64,000 nucleotides of DNA from Octopus sinensis (lineage: Eukaryota), in assembly GCF_006345805.1 (NCBI RefSeq), contig NC_043016.1, positions 9,114,001 through 9,178,000 of the forward strand. The letters run 5' to 3'. Shown piece by piece: positions 12,136 to 26,600 of this stretch (within the stretch, counting starts at the first letter, position 1; the number at the start of each line of letters is the position of its first letter). The translations under genes and the position numbers were made by a program. Under the pieces are notes generated by a model. The model was not told where the DNA came from, made no database searches, and worked only from the letters and a program-made list of their open reading frames with translations.

Positions 12136-15100
12136 GTGAGTATGACATTTTTTTTTTCCGCTGTCATTGTATATATGGAGTCTGATCAAAAAGTATTGGG
12201 ACTGGTGCTATAAAAAGAAAACTATGACACATATCAATTCAACATTTAATCTCCTTCAAAGTAGTCCCCATTCTGAAGCCATATACTTTATCCAGTGTCG
12301 TTTCCTTTGATGGAAACATTCCTGGGACTCCTTTTTTGGGATAGATTTCCTCGACATCTTGAAATCCTGTTGAGATTTTCCAATGCAAAGACGGCCTTTG
12401 TTTTGAGGTCATAACCCTAAACCCATTGTTATGGCCGTTTTGTAAAAGTTTTCGTCTTCCTCAACACAATCAAAGAGATCCTGCCCACAGGCATATGGCG
12501 TAGTGGTTAAGAGTGTGGGCTGCATCCCCAAGATTCCAAGTTCGGGCCGACCTAAGCCTTATGAGTGGATTTGGTAGACGGAAATGTGTGTATGTTTGTG
12601 TGTCTGTTTGTCCTCTCAACATCGCTTGACAACCGATGCTGGTGTGTTTACGTCCCTGTTACTTAACGGTTCGGCAAAAGGGACTGATAGAATAAGTACT
12701 GGGCTTACAAAGAATAAGTCCTGGGGTTGATTTGCTCAACTAAAGGCAGTGCTCCAGCAAGGCCACAGTCAAATGACTGAAACAAGTAAAAGAGTAAATT
12801 TCTGTGTTTGAGAAGGGAATGAATTGTTTGGTGGTTGATGCAATAGAGTACCCAAAGGGTACTAACAAGGGTTCAGAGATTCATATCCTGTTGTGAAATA
12901 CTTATATCTAAGTTCACTGTTGTAGCTTAATTTCAGGTCAACCAGTTGGGTTAGTCTTCTAGATTTGACTGCTATTTCTGACAGGTTGAGCAACCATATA
13001 AAGGTTCCCTCACTGGTTTGCTTTGTTGTTAGTTGCTGTTATTATTTAGTTCCAGGTATTTGATGAAAGGCATTCCATATTATCTTTTCATTGAGGAATC
13101 TAACACTACCTATCTAATATTTTCTTCCTATAGGAACATGGGGCAGTGTGATTTGAGGAAGATTTGATTGCTATTTCTAGTTGCTTGTAGTTACTGTAGG
13201 TGGTATCTTGCACTACTGCAAGCAGTTGTAGCCCTCTGGGTTTTACAGTAACCAAAATAGATTTCTTTCTCCTCTATTTCTTGATTAAGAAACATTAATT
13301 CTGTGGAATTTTATGTAGCTGAATAAAATTATATACAAATGTGCGTCAGAAATAAAGCAAATGAAAATTGCATTATTTTCTGATTCACCCTTGTATTTTA
13401 ACTCTGTATGTGAACAGAGTGCACTCTGTGAAGTGGTTGGTATTTGGAAGGGCATTTGGTTATAGAAACCTATCCGAAAATGGAATGTATGAGATGTGGT
13501 CCTCACCACATATTTAGGTGAGCAGTAACTTCAAATAAGAACTGGCTCAAATTGTGACATCTCCAGCATGGAAGCACAAGAAGTGGGCACAGAATGCGGA
13601 TGATAAAAGTTGTATGTAGTTATATGTTCGTATCTTGTATGCAGATTAAGTATTTGAAAGTTTAGTAAATAGAAAGCATAAATATTCAGTGGGATTGCCA
13701 ACATAATCATATTAAAAAGAAAATATAATTGCATAAAGATTATGGGCTACATTAACCCTTTAGCATTCAGATTATTTCGCCAAATGTGATTCTTATTCAT
13801 TCACATTGTGTTAAATTTGTCATTCATTGTTTTGTAGCTCCAAGATTTTGATCATGTGACTGTGCACTTTTAGAATGACATTGTAGGGTAGGTGTGAGAG
13901 ACCAGATCTGTCTGGTTTGAACATAAAACAGGTACCATATTTGGGCTGGATCTGGCTAGTTTAAATTCTAAGCAGTTGAACCATTCTATTAGATGATAGA
14001 GCATGAGATTCTCTTTTCTTTTTTTTTTTTGAGTCCTAAGACTTAAATGGCCAATTACCTGGTTTCCGCGGCTTGTAAGTGATCTGGGATCACATTTCCT
14101 CTGAATGAGATACTAATCCATTGCAAGGTTCAATGCCAGTAATATTCAGGGGAAAGGGGCAAGTCAATTAAATTGACCCTAGTACTGACTGGACTATTTT
14201 ATTGACCTTGAAGGGATGAAAACAAAGTTGACCTTGAAGTGGATTTGAACTCACAATATAAAGAGCTGCTGCTAAGCAGATATAGTAATAATTGGTAAAA
14301 TCTGAGATTAGATTTTACCAATTATTACTATATCTTCCTTGTTCCTTCTTTTCTGCAGATCCCTTCCATTTAATTCACATTTACCTCATTGTGTGTTGTT
14401 TCTTAAGGAGGTGTAGTGTATTTTTGTGTATTAATGGTTAGTAAGGAATATAGTTTAGTTCCTTCTCGAGCCATGCCTGGCTCATAAGGGCTGGTTTCCC
14501 GGTTTCTTGGTGTATAGGTTCCCCACCTGGACGGGACGCCAGTCCGTCGCAGGTGAGCTGCAAGATGCTGGAGGAAAGAGTGAGAGAAAGTTGTGGCGAA
14601 AGAGTCAGCAGAAGTTCGCCATTACCTTCTAATGGAACTTAGGTGTTTTGCTCATAAACACACACACCGCCCGGTCTGAGATTCGAACCCACGATCCTTC
14701 GACCGCGAGTCCACTGCTCTAACCATGTGCCTCCACAAGGAATATAGTCAAAAGCATGGAGGTATTAAGTGTATACTTAGCTGTTCAATATATAAAAGAT
14801 GAAGATTGATGTTGATTGTATGATTGCAGGCAATGCTAGGGTACCTCTTTGAAGAGTTATATCAACATTCTGTACATATATTCACACAGAATGAATGCAA
14901 TTTTGTATCTTTGTGTGATGCAATATTTTATCAGCAATCCTTTGCTGTTATAGATAGAGATACACATGCCACACTCACCTATCATCATTGTCATCGTTAT
15001 TATCATTTAATGTCTCTTTCTCTGTGTTGGCATAGGCTGGACAGTTTAACCCTTTCGTTACCGTATTTATTTTGAGGTGCTCTGTAGTACTTTCAATTAT

Positions 15101-18100
15101 TTTAAATATAACAATGAATTTAGTAAAATAACTTAGTTATCATTAAGCTAGTGTTAGGAACATAAATTGCGACTAAGGTTTGGTGGCAGATTTTAATTCA
15201 GAACTTTTGAAATCAAGACATTTGTACTACAGAGTCAGAGGCGGTTTCAGCCAGGTTGGTATCGAAAGGGTTAATAGGAACTGGCATGCCAAGCTGTGAT
15301 GTTTGCTTTTGCAAGGTTTCTATTGTTGGTTGTGCTTGCTTCCTAACACCAACCACTTTACAGAGTGGACTGGTTGCTTTTTTTATGTGGTACTAGCACT
15401 GGTGAGGTCACTCGATCTCCTCAACTGAATGGGGTGTAGTATTGAGAGATGTGAATGTATGATCAAGGGACAAGAAACAGGTGTGTTGTTGAAGAAGATG
15501 ATACACAGCCTCCCTATCTGGAAAGAGAGAGAGATGTGAGGTTGAGGCTAAAGTGACAGAGAGAGAAATAGGTTCGGGAAACAGAAAAGGTTGGTTGGTA
15601 GGTAAGTGCATTGGAGCGGCGAGCTGGCAGAACTGTTAGCACGCCGGGCGAAATGCTTAGTGGTATTTCGTCTGCTGCTACATTCTGAGTTCAAATTCCG
15701 CCAAGGTTGACTTTGCCTTTCATCCTTTCGGAGTCGATAAATTAAGTACCAGTTACGCACCAGGGTCGATATAATTGACTTAATCCTTTTGTTTGTCCTC
15801 CCTGTGTTTAGCCCCTTGTGGGTAGTAAAGAAATAGGTAAGTGCATTGGAGTGTAAATAGTGTGATAGATAGTGTAGTTAGGAAGTTTACTTCCCAACCA
15901 TGTGGTTTCGAATCCAGTCTTACTCTGTGACATGGCAACTTGGGTGTCTTCTGCTATAGCCCCAGGTTGAACAAAGCCCTCTGAGTAGATCTGGTAGACA
16001 GAAAATGAAAGAAATCCATCATAATATATGTATTTGGATGTGTGTGTGTGTGTTTTAGTTTCCTTGTCTTGGCAACACTCAATATTTGTAAACGTGTATC
16101 ACTGCTGTACAAGCAGTCTCTTTCCTTTCCAGTCTTCCATAAAAACATGTCCAGCTGTCAGCAAATATTACCTTCCTTGGAAACAGGTGAGGTTTGGTGA
16201 CAAGAACGGCATCCGGCCATAGAAAATTTGCCTTAATAAATTTTTTGTGATCCATACAAGCATGGATGCTAAAATGATGATGGAAATGATAATAGTTTTA
16301 ATGGGATCCTGCACTGTTTCATGTAGTGGGATTGAGCCTGCAACCTCATGGTTGTGAAGCATACTTCTTCACCACACAGTTATATCGGGGCACAGTGAAA
16401 CTGTGTAGACTCCCTTTTACTATTTCATTTATCTAGAGTGTGTAGATTTCTGGTAAGGTGTATATCAGTTACAACACCTATATCTGACAATTTATTATTC
16501 ATTAAACCAATACACTGTTTAATGAAAGCAAATATACCTGTGTGATGGACATTGTCTTAAAACTCTTGTCAGCTAAGATTGTATCTTTGGATTCACTTGT
16601 GTCACATTCTTGGAAGTATCGTTTACTTTCTGCTCTTTATGCCTTCCTAATTTTGGTTAAAACAGATTTAAGTTTATGTGTGTGTGAGTGCACCTGCTGA
16701 GGTACCCATGTATTTCTTCTACAGCAAGACACCTGTTTGTGTCCCTCTTTCCATGTTTTGTTGCTTTTCACTTTGTACAAAGCCACCTCCCTCAACACTG
16801 CAGCCCCACTCAGTGATTGCAAGCTATTTGGTGACTCCACTAGTGCTGGTGCCACAAAAAGGCATTGAGTACACTCTGTAAAGTGGTTGGTGTTAGGAAG
16901 GACACTCAGCCATAGAAACCCTGCCTGAGCAGACACTGGAGACCAACTCAACTCACAGGCTAGTTGAATCTTGTCAGACCATCCAGCTGATACTAGCATG
17001 GGACACATATGACAAATGATGATGATATTGCAAATGAGAGGATGAGAGATGTCATCCATTTTGCCCAACCTATGTACATTTAGGTATAAAGTTAATAATT
17101 AAAATTGATATTTTTTTTTTTTCCCCTTTTACAGGAAGAGCTCGATGTCAAGGTCCTTGTCTTTCAAAACAAGAAGCTCTGTGAACGTATCGAGCAGAGG
17201 CGTCTTGCCGAAGATGATCTTCAGCGGCGTGTTGAGCAGCTGGAGGATAGGCAACGCCATGATGATGCAATGCTGATGATTGTGAACCGTTATTGGAATC
17301 AGGTTAGTAAAGATTTTCGTGGTTGTTATTGTTAAATATATTATATTTCTGGTTATATCAAATTCTGCAGGTGGTCACTTACATACAAAACAGTTCCTCA
17401 TCTACCAAAAAGACTACATATATACATGTGAAAACAGTTCTTTGTGTTCAAAGGTCATGGAGAAGAGCAGCAAGCCCTCATAAAAATATATATATATATT
17501 GTGTTATGAAGTTGTGGTATATATTGTGTTATAAAGCCATGTGGTTTTCAGGTTCCATTCCTCTGTTCCAGAGGTTACCAAACTTTTTTTTTTCACGACG
17601 GGCTAGATAACCGAGAGAATGATGAGCGCAGGCCACATAACCATTTTGTTCAATACAATATGGTAAATAAACGAAAAATAAAGACAACCAACATATTTAT
17701 TTACCAAAAAGTTATCAAAGTTATCAAGTTATAGGCACAGGAGTGGCTGTGTAGTAAGTAGCTTGCTAACCAACCACATGGTTCCGGGTTCAGTCTCACT
17801 GCGTGGCATCTTGCGCAAGTGTCTTCTGCTATATCCCCAGGCCGACCAATGCCTTGTGAGTGGATTTGGTAGACGGAAACTGAAAGAAGCCTGTCGTATA
17901 TATGTATATATATATGTATGTTTGTGTGTCTGTGTTTGTTCCCCTAGCATTGCTTGACAACCGATGCTGGTGTGTTTACGTCCCCATCACTTAGCGGTTC
18001 GGAAAAAAGAGACCGATAGAATAAGTACTGGGCTTACAAAGAATAAGTCCCAGGTTGATTTGCTCGACTAAAAGGCAGTGCTCCAGCATGGCCGCAGTCA

Positions 18101-21025
18101 AATGACTTAAACAAGTAAAAGAGTAAAGAGTATATCCAAATCGTACAAACTAAGCAGCAAAAAAAGTTTGTGAGATTTGTGAAACTGGTGTTTAGTTTTT
18201 AAGGTATCATCAATATTTGCTTTGGAATTGCTGCATCCAACCAAGAGAATTGCTTCCAAATGTTCAATAGTCAACCTTATTCAATGTGTTGACTTCAAAT
18301 TCTTCATTTTTGAAAATGTTTGCTCACAGACATAAGTTGTTTCAAACACTGATGCCATACCAGAGGTAAATGAACTCTCATTATAGGTACTTTACACGAA
18401 AGGTATAGTGCGGCAGTGGGCCAGATGAACTGACCTTGCAGTTCTACTCTATTCCTTTGCATGGAACCTTGGGCAAATGTCAGACCAATGCTTTTTAAAT
18501 TAAATTGGTTGATTTGAAAGTGCACAGAAGTCTGTTGTAAATATATGCATGGATTCTGGTGTCATGTAAAAAAAAAAAACTGGTGATGGTGCCATGTAAA
18601 ACGCACTCAGTCCACTCTAAAATGGTTGGCGTTATGAAGGGCATCCAGCAGTAGAAACCACACCAAACCAGGCTATGGAGCCTAATGTGGCTCCCAGGCT
18701 TATCACCTCCTGTCAAACTGTCCAAACCATGCCGGCATAGAAAACTGATTTGAAATTATTATAATGATGATGTGTATGCTTGAATTTTATTTTTACAAAT
18801 AATATACAAGAAGACACTTGTCCAAAGTGCCACATCATTGAACTGAACCTGGTATCATGCGGTTGGGAAGCAAGTTTCTTACCACACAGCCACATTTCTT
18901 CCTGCATGTGTGCATCTATTTTTGTAGAGAGGCAAGAATAGAACTGTGAAATGGCATGTTCAAAGATATGTCTCTGTAGTTACTTGAATTTGAAACTTAT
19001 ATCTTAGGTTTCATGCACTGATCCTTTTATTATTATTATGATGATGATGACGATGACGACGTCTACTATAGGCACAAGTCCCGAAATTTAGGGGAAGGGG
19101 TCTAGTCAAATACATAGACCCCAGTGTATAACTGGTACTTAATTTATCAACCCCAAAAGGATGGAAAGCAAAGTCAACCCACAGGAATTTGAACTCAGAA
19201 TGTAAAGATAGATGAAATGTTGTGAAACATTTTGCCTGGCATGCTAATGATTCTGCCAGCTCACTGCCTTATATAATATAATATAGTAATAATAACTGCA
19301 ATTACAAATCGCATTTAAAGACAACTGCAATATCAGTCTGATAATTACAATTACCTTTAATTGATGCACTTCACCTTCTCTATTATACATTTTTTTTTTC
19401 TTATTCTATTTTCAGCTTGATGAAGATGTCCGTGTTCTGTTGCAACGGTTTGATGCAGAGACGGCTGATGATTCTGAAGGTTAGTTTACTGTTTTGATCA
19501 TTGATCAGTATATCTTTATTTGAAAATTCAGCTGTAGCATGACCGTAGCTGTTATGGTTTAAACGACATAAAGAATTAGAAAAAACAAAACAAAATTAAG
19601 TTAAACATTTCTATCTCTCTATATATAAACGGCAAAATGTCTGTCTGTTTGTGTGTCCTTTATACAAATCCACAATTTTTCAGTTAGAGGGCTCGCACTT
19701 TCTATGGCCATTCAAAACCGTCCAAGGGTGGTCGTGCACATCTTTACATTTCCCCAATCACCCCGCAAAGCCTTTAAAAAATCAATAGAAGTGACTTTTT
19801 TGTGAATTTTCTATCCCAAACCCAATCAAAATGCCCAAAACTTGATATGCCAATTGAATGCCAGCTAGCTGTATGTAATTGGTTGGAGATTTGGACTGTA
19901 CTTGCATGTATGTGCGCATGCACTAGCACTATGACCCGACGTTGCCGGGTCATAGTGCTAGTTAGTGCTAAAGCTTGTTTTCTCATACCCTTATTCCACA
20001 CTAACATACAGAAGCAGTATCTTCCTTCCATAGGTTTGTTGACCTGTGAGCTATATAGTGACCTCAATAGTGCCAGCGGGGCAAAAACAGGCACCCAGTC
20101 CACTCTGTAAAAGTGTTCGCTTTAGGAAGTGCATCCAGCTATAAAAAAACATGTCAAAGCTGACCTCACCAATGCTTGTACCATGTGAAAACATCCGTTC
20201 CACTTTGTAAAATGGTTCATGTTAGAAAGGCATTCAGCCTTAAAAACCATACCGAAGCAGACAACAGAGCCTGATGCAGTTCTCTGACCTACCAACTCTG
20301 GCCAAGCACTCCAAACCATGCCACCATAGAAGACAGACATTAAATGATGATGATGATGATATATATATATAAAATAGAGATGTGTGTGTGTTTGCTTTTC
20401 ACATGAAAATGGCTTCACCAATTACTTCCATACTTGTGATGTATGAGTAAATTGACCTCGGACATATAATAGGGTCTTCATTTGATTTTTTTTTTTTAAA
20501 TAAAAAATATTGCTTTATGTTTATGATTAACTTCTTTAAAAAGGTTTCCCAATGTCAACTTCTGGTGTTGACATAAAAACGGAAAGGTCTCTCACTCTCT
20601 ATTTTGATGTTCATCATCATCATCATCATCGTTTAACGTCCGCTTTCCATGCTAGCGTGGGTTGGACGATTTTGACTGAGGGCTGGTGAACCAGATGGCT
20701 GCACCAGGCTCCAATCTTGATCTGGCACAGTTCCTACAGCTGGAACTCTGAGAGTGTAGTGGGTGCTTTTTTTACGTGCCACTGGCACGGGGGCCAGTCG
20801 CTATTTCTAAAACAACTCCGAGAAATTTCTGAAAGAAATATTTACGAAGTTCACAAATTTAAATATTCAGTACAAGATAGTTTTTAACATGCTTTTATTT
20901 ATACGATTTTTTTTTCATTCCTTGTTTATCTCATTCATTGTTTGCAATGTTCTCTCTCTCTCTCTCTCTTTTTTTTTGCAATGTTCTCTCTCTCTCTCTC
21001 TCTCTCTCCCTCTCTCTCTCTCCCC

Positions 21026-21075
<50 letters not shown>

Positions 21076-21394
21076 GCATGCACGCACACACACACACACT
21101 CCAGGTTTGATTTTATTCTGAACTCACACACTTCGTTAATTTCCGTAAAAAATCTTCTATTTATTTTCTTTTTGCACGCCATGTTCAGTTCTATGTATTT
21201 GTAATCAGTCACACACGCACACGTGTGTTTTTGTATGTACGTTTGTCTACATTTATGTATGTGAGTGAAGGGGTGTGTTGTCATGTATACGGACATGCAT
21301 AAATACATATGCATACATCTTTTTTCTATGTATGTGTGTGTGTGTGAGAGAGAGTGATGTCTAAGTGGCACTCACTCTCTCTCATATATATAAC

Positions 21395-21426
<32 letters not shown>

Positions 21427-23610
21427 TATATATCACACACACACACACGTGTGTGTGTGTGTAAATAAAAAAGTTAGCAATAATAGGATGGTGTTGCTAA
21501 AAACAGAATTGTTTTATAATATATATTGTACCCGAGTTACAAAGGCACTTCCTTGTTACTCTCTGTATTAAAAATTTAATGAACTGATGGTTGACTGTTG
21601 CATACCTGCTACCAACAGAACTAGTGTCTGCAAAATGCTTGATATAAATTGAGAGAAAAAGAAACGCTGATATTTGTTTTGTATCAGTAGCATTTAATGT
21701 TTGTATTTATACATGTAGTTAGCACGCCGGGCGAAATGCGTAGTTGTATTTCGTCTGCCTTTACGTTCTAAGTTCAAATTCCACCAAGGTCGACATTGCC
21801 TTTCATCCTTTCGGGGTCGATAAATTAAGTACCAGTTACGCACTGGGGTCAATGTTATCGACTTAATCTGTGTGTCTGCCCTTGTTTGTCCCCTCTGTGT
21901 TTAGCCCCTTGTGGGTAGTAAAGAAATATAATATGTTATCTTATTATAGGCGAAACTCCAGAGACTACATCATTTCTCACATTGCTCTCGACCTGGGATA
22001 AAGATGAGCTTGGGCAGAAGCTTGGACAGCGAGTCGAGTTCTCCAAGCGTGCCATTGGCCGGCTACTGCAAGCGTTCGACCGATTGGTGTTGCGCAACGA
22101 GCGACTACAGCGTGCACTTCGGGAGCACGTCCTTGCATCGGCAACTGACTCAATGGCCGACGACGAGAAACCGCCAGCTCCGCCTCCACCACCTCCACCG
22201 CCGCCACCACCATCATCGGAGACATCAGCGACAGGTGGCAATGATGCTGTGGATATGAAAAAGCCCAAGCTGGAACCAGGTATGGGGATCTTACCTACCC
22301 TCCCACACATCATCTCTTTTATCTCTATCCTGCTGCTCTTCACCCTGCTATATTGCCAATCACCCACTTCCCAACTTATATCTACCATTGAGTACCCTTC
22401 CACCACTACATTCACCCCTATACCTTTCCCATCTACACTTACCAACCTTCTTTCCAACTCATACTTTACTTTTGACATCCATCCTGCCATTAACACTTTT
22501 CTGTCAGTCTGTACATTTGCACCCTACACCATTTCTTACCATCTCTCACTCTCCATACACTCTGGCTAACTCTATCCGGCCTCCCTTTCCAGCCTTACCT
22601 AACACCACCATCTTAATTTTATTTTTTTAACTTCACTGATTACTCCTACCCATTCTTGTACAATGGAAGCAGACATGTATCTCTTCTACAGCAAAAAAAT
22701 CTGTTCCGGCCCCTTCCTTTGACTTTGCTCTGACTTTTCATAACCTAGCTTAAAACTTCTTCCTTTTACTGTAGCCTTGTCCAGCCATTGAGGATCTTAA
22801 TCTTGCAAGCTACATAACCTCACAAGTACCCTGGAAAAAAACCCACCCAGTTACATTATGTAAAATGGTTGGTGTTAAGAGGGGCATCAAACCATAGGAA
22901 TCATGCGAAAGCTGACACTGGAGCATGACATCTGGCAGATAGATGTTAAGAGATGATTAAGCTGATGATATATCCATGTTTGTGTGTATGTGCACATGTG
23001 TGCATGCATGTGTGTGATAGGCATTCAGACAGCAATAACAAGGTCTATTATCACTGTGTCTTGGGTGGCTTTCTGCTACATTCACCATTGAACTGGCCCA
23101 AATTTAACAATAATCTAGAATTGGGTTCATGCAAGGCAGATCTATGACATCCTTGATGATCTTTGCATGTTTCCATGTTGCCTTCTAACAAGAGAAGCAC
23201 TAGTCAATGTACCAAACTGTTTGAAGTATTGGTTTATAAAATTACAGAAATTAAGACAGTGAAATATTAGAAAAATGTTTCCAGTAGTAGTAGTGAAAAG
23301 GGTAAAGACCCCCTTTGGTCATGAATGACCATGGGATTCCACCAAGAAGGTTACCCTCCAAGGTCATATATATATATATATATATATATAAAGGACTCAA
23401 CCCTGTCGGTTACAAGTGACCATGAGTGCACCTAAGAGATTTTTCTTCGGGGTACAAGTCTGGACAGAAAGTTGCCTCACTGGCAAACATACAACCTAGA
23501 GTTGTTGCTTTTTTTTATTGAAGACTAGCAGTCACCAATGTTACCCAAGGGCAAGGGGAAAGGCCAATACAGCTTGGCACCTGTGATGTCACAACTCATT
23601 TTGACAGCTG

Positions 23611-23657
<47 letters not shown>

Positions 23658-26600
23658 CAAATAAGAAAATGGAGAAATAAATTTAGTTAGTTCATCAACT
23701 TTCGGATATTAGAATGTTGGATTATTTATTCATTTAACAAAATGAGAACATCAATAGCATACATATATATCTTATAATTCAATACATATAAGATAAGAAT
23801 ACAAATTATAAAAGTCATAATATAAAATCTGCCTGGAAAAGTTCGTTTGAAGTGACCAAGCACTATAGGAACAAACGAAATTTCTGAAATTTTTTCTAAA
23901 CAAATATAGGGATGGTATTATTAAAACACCAACACTGGTGGTAAGCGAATTATCAGCCGTACAGGCAAATTAATAAAATATGTACATACAATATTAGATA
24001 TGTACGTATATACACAAGGGCACTACATGAGTACTGATATTAATTTTTTTGACTTCTATTTTTAGCGATATAGGTACTCATGTAGTACCCTTGTGTATAT
24101 ATGTACATGTCTAATATTGTATGTATATATTTTATTAATTTGCCTGTACGGTTAATAATTCGCTTACTACTCGTGTTGGTATTTTAATAATACCATCCCT
24201 ATATTTTTATATATATATACATACACACACACACACGTATATACTGACAGGGGAGGTAACTGCCCCATGATCGTTTTGAGGATCAATCATATTAGGCCTC
24301 GTTTCACCTGTATATATATATCATCATCATCGTTTAACGTCCGCTTTCCATGCTAGCATGGGTTGGACGGTTCAACTGGGGTCTGGCAAGCCCGAAGGCT
24401 ACACCAGGCCAGTCAGATCTGGCAGTGTTTCTACAGCTGGATGCCCTTCCTAACGCCAACCACTCCGAGAGTGTAGTGGGTGATTTTATGTGCCACCGAC
24501 ACAGGTGCCAGACGAGGCTGGCAGACGGCCACGCTCGGATGGTGTTTTTTATGTGCCACCGACACAGGTGCCAGACGAGGCTGGCAGACGGCCACGCTCG
24601 GATGGTGTTTTTTATGTGCCACCGATACAGGTGCCAGACGAGGCTGGCAGACGGCCACACTCGGATATGGTGTTTTCGGTGTTTTTCTTATGTGCCACCG
24701 ACACAGGTGCCAGACGAGGCATATATATATATATATAAATGTAGGCATAGCTTCCTAGGGTTTCTGGTTCAGTCCCACTGCATGGCATCTTGACCAAAGC
24801 CTTGTAAAAATTTTTATTGTGCATGTTTGTATGTGAGTATATATATTTATATGTACACACTCATTCGTGTGTGTATCTATTGTATTTTTTTTTGCTTTGT
24901 TGGCAGTGAGTTCTTCAGCTAGATATGAAAGTATGTTGACAAGGGTTAATTTGTTGATTAATCTCTTTGTAGTTTGCAATTTGATTTCATTTTAAACCGT
25001 TTTCTTTTCGTTATCTTCATTTATCATAGTTTTACATTTATATGTTCCTTTGTTTGAGATTGAACTCACACTATTTTATTATAGATTACAGTTTCAAATA
25101 TTCATTTCCACCAAACCATCCTCATCTTCGTCTACTAGAGAACAAAGGCTTGAGTATTAGTAAAAAGAAACCAGTATTATTGCTAATGTATTGTAGAACT
25201 GGAGCCATATACCAGCAAGCCGAGTTCAAAAGTCGGTTTTAGTTGGTCATAATTATAAGTTATTTCCATTCACTTACATTTCTAAAACCATTATGAAAAG
25301 CATTAATGTATTTTAACATGTATAAGAAACACCCTAATTTTGGAAGCTTGAAATTTGCAATAATGGTTTTGTAAGGAATTATAATATTCATGTATAAGAA
25401 ACCCCCATATTTTTTAACCTAATTTTTGACAAAAAATTGTTCAGTCCCACTGCGTGGCAACTTGGGCAAGGGTCTTCTACTATAGCCTCGGGCCAACCAA
25501 AGCCTTGTGAGTGGATTTGGTAGACGGAAACTGAAAGAAGCCCGTCATATATATGTTTGTGTTTGTCCCCCCCAACATCGCTTGACAACCGATGCTGGTG
25601 TGTTTATGTCCCCGTAACTTAGTGGTTCAGCAAAAGAGACCGATCGAATAAGTACTAGGCTTACAAAGAAGAAGTCTTGGGATCGATTTGCTCAGCTAAA
25701 GGCAGTGCTCCAGCATGGCCGCAGTCAAATGACTGAAACAAATAAAAGTATAAAAAGAAGAGGTTAAAATACGGTAATTTACTCTCCCTCGTAAATTGTA
25801 TTTGGTTAAAAATAGATCAATTCTGTTACAGATGCAACCGGTACTACAAGAGGGGACAGTGTTGATACAAAACCAGACTACCTGGACACAGTTGTGAAGA
25901 AGGAACCGGGTGCATCTGATTCAGTGCATGATGACAACAATGCCAGTGATACAAATGATTGCAAACTACATTCAGACTCAGTCGATGTGAAAGTACCTGT
26001 AGGATGCACAACAAATCCAAGCCTTATCGATATACTGCATATGGATCTAGCTGATGCACTGCAGCAAAACAAGCAGCTGCATCAGTTGGTGACACAACTG
26101 CATCAGCGGCATCACGAGAACACTTTAAAGGTTTGTGTTTACTTAATTTATGTGTGTGTCATCATCATCATCATCGTTTAACGTCCGCTTTCCATGCTAG
26201 CATGGGTTGGACGATTTTGACTGAGGGCTGGCAAACCAGATGGCTGCAACAGGCTCCAATCTTGATCCGGCAGTGTTTCTACAGCTGAATGCCCTTCCTA
26301 GTGCCAACCACTCCGAGAGTGTAGTGGGTGCTTTTTTTATGTGCCACCCGGCACGAGGGTCAGTCAGGCAGTACTGGCGACAACCTCGCTCGAATCTTTT
26401 TACACATGCTACCTGCTCGGGTGCCAGTAAGGCGACATTGGTGACAATCACACTCAAATGGTGCCCTTTTATGTGCCACCGGCATGGAAGCCTGTTGGCT
26501 GCTCTGGTAACGATCACGCTCAGATGGTGCTCTTGGCACCCTACTAGCACGAGCACAAGTGCCAGTAAGGCGAGGCTGGTAATGATTACACTCGAATGGT

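Noticed and set aside
14660-14736. tRNA-Arg gene
   Set aside because: It is the SINE head: no acceptor-stem pairing, it continues into the SINE body, and it is flanked by TSDs
21936-22496. 186-aa minus-strand ORF with poly-Gly
   Set aside because: It is the antisense shadow of Bre1 exon 4 (poly-Pro codons)
24488-24550. Twister ribozyme similarity (UGCCGGU...UAAAA) in the LINE module
   Set aside because: It lacks the conserved CCCAAGCCC/GGG pseudoknot elements as I recall them
24484-24720. CRISPR-like direct repeats
   Set aside because: The units are contiguous with no unique spacers, lie inside a LINE 3' UTR in a eukaryotic intron, and no cas genes are present
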